Shown: positions 50,042 through 62,529 of the stretch, one piece after another
Numbering within the stretch: the stretch's first letter is position 1
Layout of the letters: every line of letters begins with the position of its first letter
Source: Veleropilina oligotropha
Lineage: Eukaryota
Direction: 5' to 3'
Length of the DNA stretch: 64,000 bases
Assembly (NCBI GenBank): GCA_048128005.1
Contig: JBEUKZ010000054.1
Span: 1,178,001-1,242,000 of the forward strand
Notes under the pieces: generated by a model
Databases searched by the model: none
What the model was told of the DNA's origin: nothing
What the model saw: only the letters and a program-made list of their open reading frames with translations
Translations under genes and position numbers: made by a program

Positions 50042-50469
50042 TATTAATTAATAGACTGTATAATGCACAATCAAATATCGTTATAGGGAAATATACACGC
50101 ATCATAAAACTCGTGTTTTTGTGAGATAATATCGGCAAGCTGGTAATATAGAATTTTTGCGGTTACGCAAAGAAGAACAAAATAAGCGTACCTGGATTGT
50201 TGACAATCAAGGAAGTAAAGTGTAGTGGATGCCATGCTTTGATCTGTAATTAAGCAGAACGAACTGAAAGAACTTACGGCAGCCTTAACTTAAAAAACCA
50301 GACCAAATAAATGGTGTTTTTGTCTTACAAAAGTTAAATTCTGCTTTTATAAAGCACCGGCGTCTCTGTGATTTGAATCCACGACAGGGCCATTATGTGG
50401 TTTGAACCCTATAAGTTAAAGTTTATACTATTTTGGAGCATGGGATCCCGGTGCGCTGCGCTCGTTAGT

Positions 50470-50750
50470 GATCGTTTATCTCCCGATAGTCACAGCCTAC
50501 ATAATTCAATGTAAGGGTAGCTTGCATTTTAGTTTCCGCTATACGTAATGTTATGTGTTCATTTCATTTCAAAATTGTATTGTCGCTTCGAATTAGATGG
50601 GAATTAACATATTATGACAATTTTCATATTTTTCTCGGTGGCAACTCGTTGTCTAAATGTGATATTAAATGACCACTCATGTGAAATCCCCTCTATAATA
50701 TAACGTAACTTCAAAGAAAAGCATTTTTCATCAAAGCAACGCATATTACG
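50470..50750 (+). repeat. dispersed repeat with a single diverged monomer of the 67-bp satellite plus its right-flank sequence
   Basis: TATCTCCCGATAGTCACAGCCTACATAATTCAATGTAAGGGTAGCTTGCA is followed by TTTAGTTTCCGCTA...TGTGTTCATTTCATTTCAAAATTG, as at 38727-38785. Confidence 0.85.
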
Positions 50751-50951
50751 ATTTGACTATTTCCTAATCTAAAAGGGCTACCCAACGTCGGGAACGATAG
50801 GCAACGAGTGATTTTTGCAAGACAGAGGCATACGGTGTAAAATGTTCAGAAAAACTCATGCTGCGCAAAGTTGCTTAAAAAGGGTGAACCCAATGAGCGA
50901 TGCCTATTTATACTATATTTGAAAATGACGATTATGACACTTAAATGAACT

Positions 50952-51030
50952 ATCCTCGATAACTCAACTGGTAGAGTGTCGGAAAAACGTTAAGTGGGAC
51001 GATAGGATGTGGGTTCAAACCCCCGCTTCG
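50952..51030 (+). mobile_element. degenerate tRNA-like SINE head
   Basis: A-box-like TAACTCAACTGGTAGAG and B-box GGTTCAAACCC; no intact cloverleaf. Confidence 0.35.
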
Positions 51031-51444
51031 ATGTGGCTTATTATAACGCTTAAAACTAACAAAAGGCATATCCAGGCGCAGATCCAGGGGGGCGCACCCG
51101 GCGCCCCCCCCCCCCCCTAAAGTTGGCCAAGCATACTAAAATAATATGTATACTCTGATACAAATGACTTTCAGAACATTATAAATAGGCTGTTGCAATG
51201 TAATAATGCAGGAGGAGGGATTTCACATTGTTAATTGTCAAACTTTTCTTGCGCGTGGGGCGCCGACCCCACGCGGACAATTCGATTATGACAAAATAAA
51301 ATACAAATTTGACTCGTGCTATTTGAGTAACGGTGGTTCATAAAAAGTTAGAATGAAATATCGCTTTTGCCCTGTCAGAGTGCAAGAGAGGGGGTTTCAG
51401 GCTGTTGATTCTCAAAATTTTCTTATGTTAACAATATGTAATAT

Positions 51445-52245
51445 TTAATGCAACAAAACATTTCTGAGTCATTAACTTTCTTTTGTCATTAATAAATTAA
51501 ATTAAAATTATTTCTCCCAGCTCAAAATAAATTGTGGGGAATATTAATATGCAAACCGTCCGTTCGTGCGTGTCCGTCAGCCCGTGCAAATTATCTTTTC
51601 CGGAGCGTATCTCACAAACTGGTCAACTTAACTTTAAGAAATTTGGTGAGTGTAGTTAGCAGTTGATGAACTGGTGTCTTTTGCTAACTTTAATGTTGTG
51701 CGGCGATTATTGACAGAGTTGTTGCTCTTGTTATTATTTAAAATCAAGAAATTTCAAACCTGATTTGTGAAAATTTTATGCAGGAAGAATTTTTCAGACA
51801 CTAACTTTCTTTTCTTCATTAATGAACAAGAAGACAAGGCTATCAATATCCCCAGCAATTGTACATTCACAATTACTAGGCCTATATATACTGTATTTTC
51901 ATGCAGATACAATGTAATAAGCGTATTTTCCTAAGTTTAAATATCAGCAAGGGGAATAAGTCTGTCAATAATCACCGCACGACATTAAAATTAGCAATGG
52001 CACCAGTTCATAACTGCTGAATACACCCACCAAATTTCGTAAAGATATGTTGCGCGGTTTTATGAGATACGCTCCGGAGAAGATAATTTTCACGGGAGAA
52101 CGAACGCGCGCACGCACTGACGATTTGCATTTTAATACATGTATCCCCCGCAAAAGTTTTTTTTCAGAGAAAAATTTTCTTTCATTATTTCATTAATTAA
52201 GGAAAGAAAGTTAGTGTCTCAGATATTGTTTTCTTGCATTAAATT
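51445..52245. mobile_element. two diverged Helentron-like non-autonomous copies in inverted orientation
   Basis: 51447-51720 and 51961-52240 are diverged reverse complements (e.g. CCGGAGCGTATCTCA / TGAGATACGCTCCGG and GATTATTGACAGA / TCTGTCAATAATC), with a GTCC-like tract and a GAAATTTGG motif. Confidence 0.55.
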
Positions 52246-53277
52246 TTGGCAAATTGTTAACCAAGTGAAATTATGTAAAAGTTGGGTGTGCGTTTCTTTT
52301 TTGGTTGAGTATATATAAAAACCTTCAGCACGAATTCAAGTCTATATGGATTTTTCAAAGTTCCATTAACATGAGACTAACCGTTCGCTACTATTTCTTT
52401 TTTATCCAACACTACAATAATTGATCTCACGACTTCGTCGTTATGTGGTTGAACTGCGAGTTATTGAGCTTTTCACCTTTACATTGGTCCCTTGTGGCGG
52501 TTTGCGGTTCAGTTAATGCATCCATTTACACTTATAACTGGTGAACTTCTGGTGCAAACGGTTCGATAATGATGTTTTTCAAATTAATTGCTTTTGTTAT
52601 CTGAACGTACGCGGTACTTCCAAGCCTGAAAGCGAACTATGAAATGTTTGAACTTGAAATTACTGAAGTTGCATCCTCACTTTTGTTAAGTTTTTTATTA
52701 TTAAAAAAGTCTGTTGTTATTTTACCTGAAACTATCTTGGTTTTATTTGCAAATCTAAATATTTAAAACCAAACACCGAAATATGCCTAGTTTGCAACAT
52801 CGATGATCAGGACGCGCGTCACACACGTTTTGTTAACCTTCACGGCTATATGACTATATTGAACTCTTTCTGGCAATCGTGTTATTGTTGAAGGGAGTTT
52901 GGGAAAGTGAGGGTCGTTAAGTATTCTTACAAGAATAAAATATTGGGCAGTAATATTTGTTGTACTTCGTAATTTAAGTTTTAGAGAGCGAATTCCAAAT
53001 ATTCTTAATTCCCAATAATTTTTATCTAAAAAACATTATTGTTACGCATAGAGCCCCAGCAAATTTTTAAAATGTGCTACTTGACGGTGATAAAAGGTTA
53101 CTATCACTATAGTTTGGTAAACTGTTTATGACACCACTGGAAGAGCTTGATCATTAAACCTATATATACTAAGCAGTCAGTGTTATCATACGGAAATGTC
53201 TGCACCAGTGCCATCTACGTATATATTATATATATGCCCACTTGTAAGTTAGTCCGAATGCAACCGACTTGCTTACT

Positions 53278-53880
53278 TAATAATAATAATAATAATTGTC
53301 TTTTTATAGCGCATTTTCCAAATTGTTCAAAAGCGCTGTACAATAGTTCCACCAATTTACCTAGCCAGGTATCATACTTTATTTTTAAGAAATGAGTTTT
53401 TAGAAGCGATTTAAAAGAATAAATGGAATCAGCTTGTCGAATGTTAAGTGGCAGAGAGTTCCAGACTTTTGGAGCATAACAAGAAAAAGCACGATCTCCA
53501 TAACGAGCTGTCATAGACTTTGGTATCTGGTGCATATCCAAAGATGATGATCTCAACTGTCTAGATGGATGATACTCATGCAGCAAGTCACGAATATATT
53601 GCGGGGCAACTCCGAACAAAGAATTCTTCACAAGAAGTGACACTTTGAAATCGATTCGGAAATCTACTGGTAACAAGTGAAGGGATTTGAGAACAGGTGT
53701 TTTGTGATCGCGTCTTATTGTCAGGGTGATCATCCGTGCAGCTTTGTTTTGTCCAATGTTACGCAGATGGAGGCTTTCTAGTTGAATCATCCTATTCACC
53801 CGAGGTGTCATAGACAAAGATTGATTGAGAACGATTCCAAGATTCCTGACAGGTTCGTCAGTGATGCGGACATTCAAGCC
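53278..53880 (-). mobile_element. 3' fragment of an L2/Crack-like LINE
   Basis: QNKAARMIT..RRDH.TPVLKSLH.LPV.FRIDFK, AFS.YAPK.WNSLP and FKSLLKTHF motifs, then 3' GCGCTATAAA and a (TTA)n tail. Confidence 0.85.
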
Positions 53881-54074
53881 ACATCAAGCGAGACGATGTT
53901 GACATTGCTAAGAGATGATTTGGTGCCAAACCAAATAGCATCTAACAACTAATTGGCATTGTGTATACCAGTTAATGCACAAAAGCGATCGGTGAACTAG
54001 ATATATTGAAAGTTTGTCAGCATCAAAGGAATAATTTGTCTCACGACTAACATACCTAATTGTTTTTGAGTCAC

Positions 54075-54218
54075 TTCGTTTAGTCTTATGCACACGCTCG
54101 AATCCATGCAGCCGAGGTATTCACCAGATGCGTGACATCGAGTTCATTCGTTTAGTCTTATGCACACGCTCGAATCCATGCAGCCGGGGTATTCACCAGA
54201 TGCGTGACATCGAGTTCA
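54075..54218. repeat. 72-bp tandem duplication
   Basis: Two near-identical copies start at 54075 and 54147. Confidence 0.9.
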
Positions 54219-54289
54219 TTATAATTAGATACCATTTTAAAATGAATTACATACACCAACCATGTGTATTCCTTTAATTATCTATTACA

Positions 54290-54505
54290 ATTCATCTTCA
54301 TTATCATCGTTCGGCTGCAGAGTCGACGGCCACAACCCTCCTCCATGCCACGCGATCATGTGCCAGATCCATTCTCTACCATGGCTCATTTAGGTCTAAT
54401 CTCCAAGCAATCTCTTGACGTCCTTAAATTGGGGTACCATGTTCTTTATTGGCTTTTCATTACAATGCCGAGAAAGGCGCCTAATGGTTTTCGTTTGGAA
54501 GTCTA
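54290..54505 (-). mobile_element. 3' end of an RTE-like LINE
   Basis: The minus strand reads MDLAHDRVAWRRVV (A.DR..WR motif), followed by a GAT/GAA-rich tail. Confidence 0.45.
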
Positions 54506-54764
54506 AATATGTATGCCAAGAACTTGATATAGCGAGAAATCACTATTTTATCGGCTTTTTGTGCTCGTGCCCTGTGATATAGCCCAGAATTTGTGATATA
54601 ATATATGTATTAATGTTATTTTCCATATTCTGACAAAAATGTAGTGTTGAAACTTTGTATTGATGGGTAGGATAGGATTTTCCAAAATCCGTCCATTTTC
54701 CAGAAGAGCACCAGGCGAAATATTTCTCGCTGAATTCATTTACCTTCTTTATTTCTCCACCATA

Positions 54765-55080
54765 GATTCGCGGTGAGAGACAGAGATCACAGGTGATGGA
54801 GACTCGCGGTGGGAGACAGAGATCACAGGTGATGGAGACTCGCGGTGGGAGATAGAGATCACAGGTGATGGAGACTCGCGGTGGGATATAGCGATCGCAG
54901 GTGATGGAGACTCGCGGTGAGTGATAGAGATCACAGGTGATGGAGACTCGCAGTGGGACACAGAGATCACAGGTGATGGAGACTCGCGGTGGGAGACAGA
55001 GATCACAGGTGATGGAGACTCGCGGTGTGAGACAGAGATCACAGGTGATGGAGACTCGCGGTGGGAGACGGAGGTGATTG
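54765..55080. repeat. 36-bp minisatellite (GAGACAGAGATCACAGGTGATGGAGACTCGCGGTGG)
   Basis: About 8.5 tandem copies. Confidence 0.95.
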
Positions 55081-55529
55081 AGATTTACTCCATCACCATC
55101 ATCGACACCAGTATCAAGTTGCTCATTGCCGTCGTTATTATGATCATCACCGTCATCATCATCAACGTCGTCGTTGTCATCATCATAATCAAGTTACTGA
55201 AACTACAAAGGCAATTGGAGTTATAATAAAACATAGTTGCTGTCTACCGCAAATAAGCAAACACCAATTCTATATTTATAAAATCACCTTATGGAATTGA
55301 AAATAGATTGCATTTGATCCTGTCAGATTAGCATTGCATTATTTATTTTCCGATCGTTTATTTAGTTTTTCTTAAAATGACCGTCGTTGCTTCAGTGATT
55401 ACCGAAATGTAAAAGTCGCTTCATCGAACGTGCGTTTTCAACATTAACTGTCACAATAAAGGTGAAGAATATTCAACATTTCTAGTGAAACCGTCTTGTG
55501 ATTTCGGTTGCAGACTTCGAAAATCAATG

Positions 55530-55690
55530 ACTTGAGTCCAGTTACACGAATAGTAGTGGGTTCGAGCCTCGGTTGGGACGTAGCATTATTTGTTCAGTTT
55601 TGAATCACAGTTGTCCGTAACTGCTCGGAAAGGGAAGGTTTTTCAGGGAGACCGGGCTTTCCTTTCGCGATAATATGGAAAAATCCAGCT
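55530..55690 (+). mobile_element. tRNA-derived SINE with a V/Meta-like core
   Basis: B-box GGTTCGAGCC (55559-55568), TCACAGTTGTCCGTAACTG, and core GGTTTTTCAGGGAGACCGGGCTTTCCT resembling GGTTTTCTCCGGGTACTCCGGTTTCCT. Confidence 0.55.
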
Positions 55691-55812
55691 TTGAGCGTGC
55701 ACGTGAACGTGTATAACCTGGTGAAATATGTGAGCCAAGAAACAGGCGTTCAGTGCTTGAAGCTTGAGTTTGCGCTAACATCACGGAGAAAGATTATACT
55801 CAAAAGGTGGGA

Positions 55813-55968
55813 GTAATGCATTGGAGGAATGCATTGGAGTAATGCATTGGAGGGATGCATTGTAGGAATGCATTGGAGGAATGCATTGGAGGGATGCACT
55901 GGAGGAATGCATTGGAGGAATGCATTGGAGTAATGAATTGGAGTAATGCATTGGAGTAATGCATTGGT
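55813..55968. repeat. 13-bp minisatellite (AATGCATTGGAGG)
   Basis: About 12 tandem copies. Confidence 0.92.
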
Positions 55969-56059
55969 GGCCTTTTTCAGGACACGCGAGAAGAAAGACC
56001 AACCATATAGAAAAAAAGAGCTAACGTACGCGTGTTCAAGAAGAAGGAGAGTGTGTCCT

Positions 56060-57400
56060 GAAAAAGATGAAATGTGGTAAAGCTGTCGGATCTGACGGTA
56101 TAGGAATTGAAATGATATAAGCACTAATATAATTTGATATCAGGAAATTAACAAAACTCGCAAATGCCAAATGCCATATACCCAGGCTACTTTCCCCAAT
56201 AGATGTGCAAATACATTTTTATTATCCTGCTCAAGAACCATGGTGCTACTAAATGCGAACATCATCGTATCATCAACTTAATGAGTCAGATAACGGAACT
56301 GGTGCTGCAGATTTTATTCAAGGGAATGATAGAGAAACCATCCGGTGTACAGGTTTGTACCGGTAAAGAACGCGAAATGCTGCATTCGTCCCCAGAATGC
56401 CACCAGAAAGAGCTACAGCAAAACATACATGTGTGTTTTATAAACTATGTAAATTCTTCCGATAAAATGCGTCATGAAATACTGTTTAGGCGGTTAGAAA
56501 TACTGTTTAGGCGGTTAGAAGAACGCGACGTTGTTGGAAAACTTATTAAATTGTTGAAAATCTGTATTGGGACCAGCAAGCAGCAGTACGTCTTGAAGAT
56601 AATATTAGCGACAGGACAGAAATCAAAGGAAGTGTTTGGCAGGGATGCGTGTGCCCACCGGAACTTTCTCATTGTATACCGATTTGACTTAGATGGAGTA
56701 AAAGTAAGTTGTGGTAGCATCAACAATCAGAGATACGCTGACGATACAGCATTGATACTTTGATAGCAGCTTCACAATCCAAACTACAGGATATCAATTT
56801 GACAATGATGTCATCTTGGAAGTTATTGATAATAAGGGCCCCTCAATCAAATTCAAGATATCCTTCACATTGGTATAATCAAAGAATGCAGTCACGCCAA
56901 TGTACTCAATCGACATCAATGGAACGACTCTTCAGAAAATGAGTCGGTTTTTATACTTGGGAAGCGTGGTGACGTCAGATGGTAAAAGTGACTTTCAAAT
57001 AAAACGGAGCATTAGCATCACAAAAACCATCTTCACAACATGGTAAACGCTGGTAGTCTGCTCACTTGATGAGTATAAAGACGGAAACGAGATTAAGACT
57101 GCGTGCGAAAATGCCACATCTGGTCCACGTTACTGTATGGGTGAGAAACATGAACGACAATCAGTCAGACGATGCACAAAAAACTGAATGCAGCAGAGTC
57201 GTGATTTCTGTACAGAATGTGGAAATACCATGGACAAATATGGTCTCGAGCGAAAAAGTCCTGGAAAGAGCCGGAATGATGGTTATGAACGACTAAGATA
57301 GAAGCAGCTTGGACGACAAATATATGGCATCATGAATGACCGGCTGCATGTCAGTTTCTGATACGCCAGTACACGACGATGTCATTTGGCGACCCGTTGT
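56060..57400 (+). mobile_element. decayed RTE-clade (BovB-like) LINE, RT region
   Basis: KAVGSDGI, ATKCEHHRIINLMS, CFINY...DK..H, NNQRYADDTALIA and FLYLGSVVTSDG across frameshifts. Confidence 0.85.
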
Positions 57401-57408
57401 TACCGTAA

Positions 57409-60400
57409 TAGTGTGAGCGAATTAGCTCGAAATATGGGTCAACCCGGAATAAATTAGCAAGCAGACATGTTTGGTACCGTTAGAAGCGCAATTTTATGTA
57501 GATTAACATATCAAACGCCTCCCTATGTAGCTTTATGCGAATTCTTGTGAGATCTAAAAATGTACGGGCTGGTAAAGCCTAAGTTCAGTGAAAATTGTGG
57601 AATAGTTTGGCTCATACTGCTCACAGTTGAGACCATGTTTAGTTGATTTTCTGTGAATCTCCTCGAATTATTCCATTTGATTGTGATCCTAATGGATAGT
57701 ACTAATGGTAAAACTAAAATGTATTGGTGTTTAACCCGTTTTTATACAATTCATTTTGACCTTTGACCTCTGTGATTAAATATCATGAGTGCATGTATGA
57801 GTGTATGTATGAGAAACATGTTCTTGTAAATTTCAAGATGCTGAATCTACATTCGTATGATATTTCGTATAAAAGAAAACCATAAATACGATATGGTATC
57901 CATACATGATATGTTTTTAGGACGAAGGAAAAGTTAAAATGCAACAAAAAGTGTTGCTAGCATTTAATAATTGCTTCAGCCGACGTGGTATTTTTTTCGA
58001 GCGATTCAACCTCCGAAGCCATCTTATCTCATTTATCGTTATTGGTTCAAACGTCACGTGGTCCCGTCGATTTGATTGACATCGTGCAACAGTATCCATG
58101 CTTCCGATCATTGACCTCGATCCTACGGACATGTCCTGCATCTTCTTAACACTTTCCTTTGTAGTGGACCAGGCAAAGCTCTTGAGCATTGTAACACCTG
58201 TTCTGACTGATGAACCGCTTTGGCTGAGGGCGAATGAGATAGTTCAATCTACTGGTATGGAAATGGTGCTGGTACTAGGAGGCTTTCACACCATGATGAG
58301 TTTCATGGGCAGCAATGGACATCTTATGGATGGATCCGGAATACGCCAAGTCCTGTGCACCGTTTACGGAACTAATGCTGTGGAGCATATGCTCTCGGGA
58401 AAGGCGGTGTCTAGAGCACTTCGTGGCCATTTTTTTGTGTCTTCAGCATTGACTACAAAGCTGCTGTCAAGGATTCTTCCCACTCCTACATTAGGGGAGG
58501 TCGACAATGATTGTATGCATCAACCATAATCATATTGGAGGGAACAGGAGGAGGAGGAGGAACTTGATGAAAGAGATCAGCAGAATTTGTCAGTCAGAGA
58601 ATTAGCCAAGAAGACTTTGACAAGCATGCCTACCAAACATTGTCTGCTGAACTCGTTGATGGTCTCAAGCTGTTGTCTAAGACGATAGAGAGCCAACCAG
58701 AACGTGCCATACAGTTATTGCAGACAAGTGAAGAATTAATGATCTTGGAAAAGGCGCAGCGAAGTGTTACCAGCTACCTCAGAAAAAAGAGGAGAACAGC
58801 AATGTTTTGAATACAATATCTGGACTATTTTAATGTTTTTAAGCTGTTCATAATGGAAGAACGGACAGGCAATTGGGGCATGCACTTGAGTGCCCTGCGC
58901 CTTATGCTTGCTGCAACCGAGCACACAAACTATGCTAAGTGTGCACGTCTTCATTTGCAACAGATGTTGGAGCTTGAAACGAAGCACCCATGGGCGTACA
59001 CAAACTTTGTAGAACACGGCTACCACACAATCAGGAGAAGTGATCGGTACTGGGCGGGTCTGTGGTCAGATTTGATCATAGAGCAAGTACTCATGAGAGC
59101 ACTGAAGACACGAGGTGGATTGACAAGAGGCAGGGGTGTCACTGAGTCTGTGCGGCTTCTGTGGGTCAAGACTATGCATCGCTCTGCTGAGGTTCCCAAT
59201 GCCATGACTAACTTGACCGGTCGTTCACACAGGACCAGCGAACAACACGTGGAGCTCGGAGCATCGAGAATCAAAAGGGACAATGATGATCTTCAGAAAT
59301 TCATGGAGTGGTTTGATTCCCATGACCCATTCATTACTGACGACCATTCTCTGCGTAGTTTGTCATCTGGACTGACTGATTCCGGTACTGCTCTCAATTG
59401 TGATGAAGCTGAAGACATTGGTAGCTCTCTGCAGCAACAATTAGATGGAGGCAACATGCAACAAGCAAAACTGCGTAGGCAAGATCAAGTCAAAACGTTT
59501 ACTTATCTCAGACCGGGAGTGACTTTGGAACAGAAAACAATCTCCATCGATCTTCTGGTTCTGTTCAGTAGACTAACTGTCATTATGCAACGAGAAGGAT
59601 ACACAGATGAACAGTTCAAGTACGAGCTCACTCCAGAGCCCACTCCCCTTTTCAAACATGGTCTGATGAGAACACCAAACAAGTCCGCTTTGCGAAATTT
59701 GCTCCGAGTGAATGCTTTGTTGTTGACGGTGGCGCCTTGCTCCATAAAGTGAAATGGTTGTTGGACTCCACATTTGAAGACCTTTGTATCAGTTACGTTG
59801 AATATGTGAAAAGGAGACACGGTCGTCATGGAAGAGTGAGTGTGATATTTGACGGCTATTTCGACGAAATGTCTATTAAAGGTAACGAGCACACAAGGCG
59901 AGGTTCCAGCCTGGGATCGGCAAATGTCACAATAAATAAGGCTCGACGGTGTCTTCCTCCCGAGAGGTGTTTCTGAAGAATGTACACAATAAGGCCAGAA
60001 TCATAGACCTGCTTACTAAGTACCTGGAAGAAGCTAGAATTGAAGTCATACAAAGTAGTGGAGATGCGGATGTGCTGATAGCTAAAACAGCTTTGGACCA
60101 AGCAAGGCTTCGAGAGGTTGTTGTTTCGGCACAGGATACAGATATTCTTATCCTTCTTGTTCATTACTGGTCACACGAATTGAAGGATATATACTATCAA
60201 ACTGAAAGGAAGGAGAAGTTGGCGACGATACCGAAGAAGTGGAGAGTCAGCAGAATCATCCACAATGAAGAATTGGTGCATTATCTTCTCTTCGCCCATG
60301 CCTGGACTGGATCAGATAGCACATCAGCTATTTATCGACAAGGTAAGTTGCTTTTGATACGACACCTTACACAACTTTGTACTTGCTATGATTATTTGGA

Positions 60401-62126
60401 AAACCAGATTGTGAAGATCATTTCTGTGAATGTTTGATTGTTAGTAACTGACGTGTATATTCCTTGACCCGTTTTTGCACAGAGCGGATGTAAGGAAATG
60501 GCAATGCTTAATGCTGTATTTTACAGGGAAGAAGAAGATTCTGCGGCTGCTACGATCGCGGGAGGTGAAAGGCATCGTAGAATGCTTTGGAGATCTATCA
60601 TCGACACAAGACCGTATTGGAGACGCAGGAGGCAAATTGGCAATCGCAAGGTATTTACATGGCTTAATTAATATTCATGGTACACTGGCAAGCACAGTTG
60701 TACGTTTTACGTACATATTTGTACTTATTATGTGCGTGTTTCAGTTTGTTTGTAAGCACCTTCAGTAGATATAGGCAGCTTGAGAGGGCAAATGGAGTGG
60801 TCTGGTTCTGGAATGGTAGGTTCGTGCATTCTTAAATTTGTTAGTGTATGTAAGAACAACGAATTTGTACAGATGTGGAGTGTTGCACTATCACACGGGT
60901 TATATGATAGGTTGAGAGGAATATAGGTGAAGGTGAATTGTGCAGTAGAACCATGATGTAAGTTTTTTTCTTAATATTTGTTTTCTGTTCTAGCTACGGA
61001 GGTCAATCAAATGAAAGTTTGGCTCGTTTGCACTTCTACAGATACATGGAATCAATAACCACGTGTTCATCCCTGCAACCTGAAAATTTGCCTCCAACTG
61101 CTTTAAGGGTTCATCTGCAGCTATGTCAATGGAAAACGTTGGATCTGCGTTGCTTGAATCCATTGGAGTGGAGCTGGGTCAAAGGACTTGATGGTCTGAA
61201 GCCAATCAAGACAGATATGGATCCAGCGCAAGATTTTCTGCTGAAATTCATTCGATGCAATTGCATCACCAAAACAAAGAATTCCTGTGGAACGAATGTA
61301 TGTACTTGTCGCAAAAATGGGTTGAAGTGTCTTGCAGCGTGTGGCCATTGCCATGGTCAAGACTGTCGCAATGTTGCAGAGTTCTGCATTGAAGACCTCG
61401 AAGATGGCGATGAGCTTCCTATTGATGATGATGAGTTTGACAGGAACATTTAATCTGTTTGATTAATATTTAGAATGCTGTCACAAGTATTTGTGCGGTG
61501 CCGTTGGTTTAAATTGTTTGAAGCTGCTTGTATGTGCATTAAAATACTTTTCGTTGAATTCAAATTGTGGATTATAAAAACCTCATCCAACAATTCTACA
61601 CATATTTTCAATTATGCCAACACCAAGCAGTGAATCTTTCTGCCTTCTATTTAGCCCGCTACCTCTGAATCTGGCAACTGTAGTGTGTTATCAAGCATCA
61701 ACTTTTCAACTTTTTATATGAAAGAAACAACGAAAAATTGTTTTGCAAGGATGATCATGTAATATGACGTCATCACAGGATGACGTCATCAATGACGTCT
61801 CTGGTGACTTATAATAATATGTATTTTACAGTACTTTATTATAGAGCATTGCTTGAAAAATTTGTAGTTCCTCAGAGAAGTGCACTACCCTTAAGTTCTT
61901 AACTGGGACAAGACTTTCGCACCCAGTGACATGTATTTGTTTGTACTATTTTTTGTATTTTAACGAGTTTCTTCAGTTTCCACTTAAACCTCTGTAACAA
62001 AAATTCGCAAAAAGTCACAAAGGGAGGCATTTGATATGTTATTCTACATAAAATTACGCTTCTAATGGTACCAAACATGTCTGCTTGCTAATTTATTCCG
62101 GGTTCAACCCTAATTCACTCAGACTA
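57409..62126 (+). mobile_element. AcademX DNA transposon, internally deleted and defective
   Basis: TIRs of about 130 bp, TAGT(G/C)TGAG(C/T)GAATTAG...CTAATTCACTCAGACTA, with 3-bp TSD TAA (57406-57408 and 62127-62129). Encodes transposase, XPG/PIN and Cys8 domains. Confidence 0.92.
58080..61453 (+). pseudogene. Academ protein (DDE transposase + XPG/PIN nuclease + Cys8 zinc finger) with frameshifts and two introns
   Basis: Transposase motifs LT-D-PLW, LGGFHT, ERTGNW.MHL, HTNYAK; PIN motifs VIFDGY, DADVLI, DTDILILL, HAWTGSDSTS; Cys8 CNC...CGTNVCTCRKNGLKCLAACGHC.GQDC. Introns 60343-60526 and 60651-60993 are GT-AG and restore the frame (YRQ|GKKKIL and IA|SYGG). Confidence 0.9.
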
Positions 62127-62529
62127 TAAGACGCTCAATGAATTGCGTCATCACACACCAAACGATCACCACTAAAACCACCATGCGAAGATATAAGGAG
62201 AGCAGAATTGTCGTCCTTGTATAGGTATGTGATCACGACTTCCCTCCCATGTCCAGCCAATAACCATTATTTGTCCGACACACGATAAATAATAAAACTG
62301 GCATGTTTATAAATAAGGGGAAGTGATTCTAACTGCCCGGCTGTACGTTCTAGATAAAAATTGGTGTCCGCCATGCGGAACCGTGTTGTGATTTTTATAA
62401 ACAATTCGTACATTTACCTCCCTATTGTCGATACTGGTGAATGCATGTCTAACAAGTTTATACATACAATATGCGGTCAGCCATTCAGACGGTCTATCAA
62501 AAGAAAATAGAACCGAGGAGAGCATAAAC

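Noticed and set aside
49875..50138. Lys-rich and Phe-rich ORFs
   Set aside because: Produced by poly-A tracts inside the small Helitron.
50952..51030. Functional tRNA gene
   Set aside because: A- and B-box-like motifs are present, but acceptor and anticodon stems cannot be formed.
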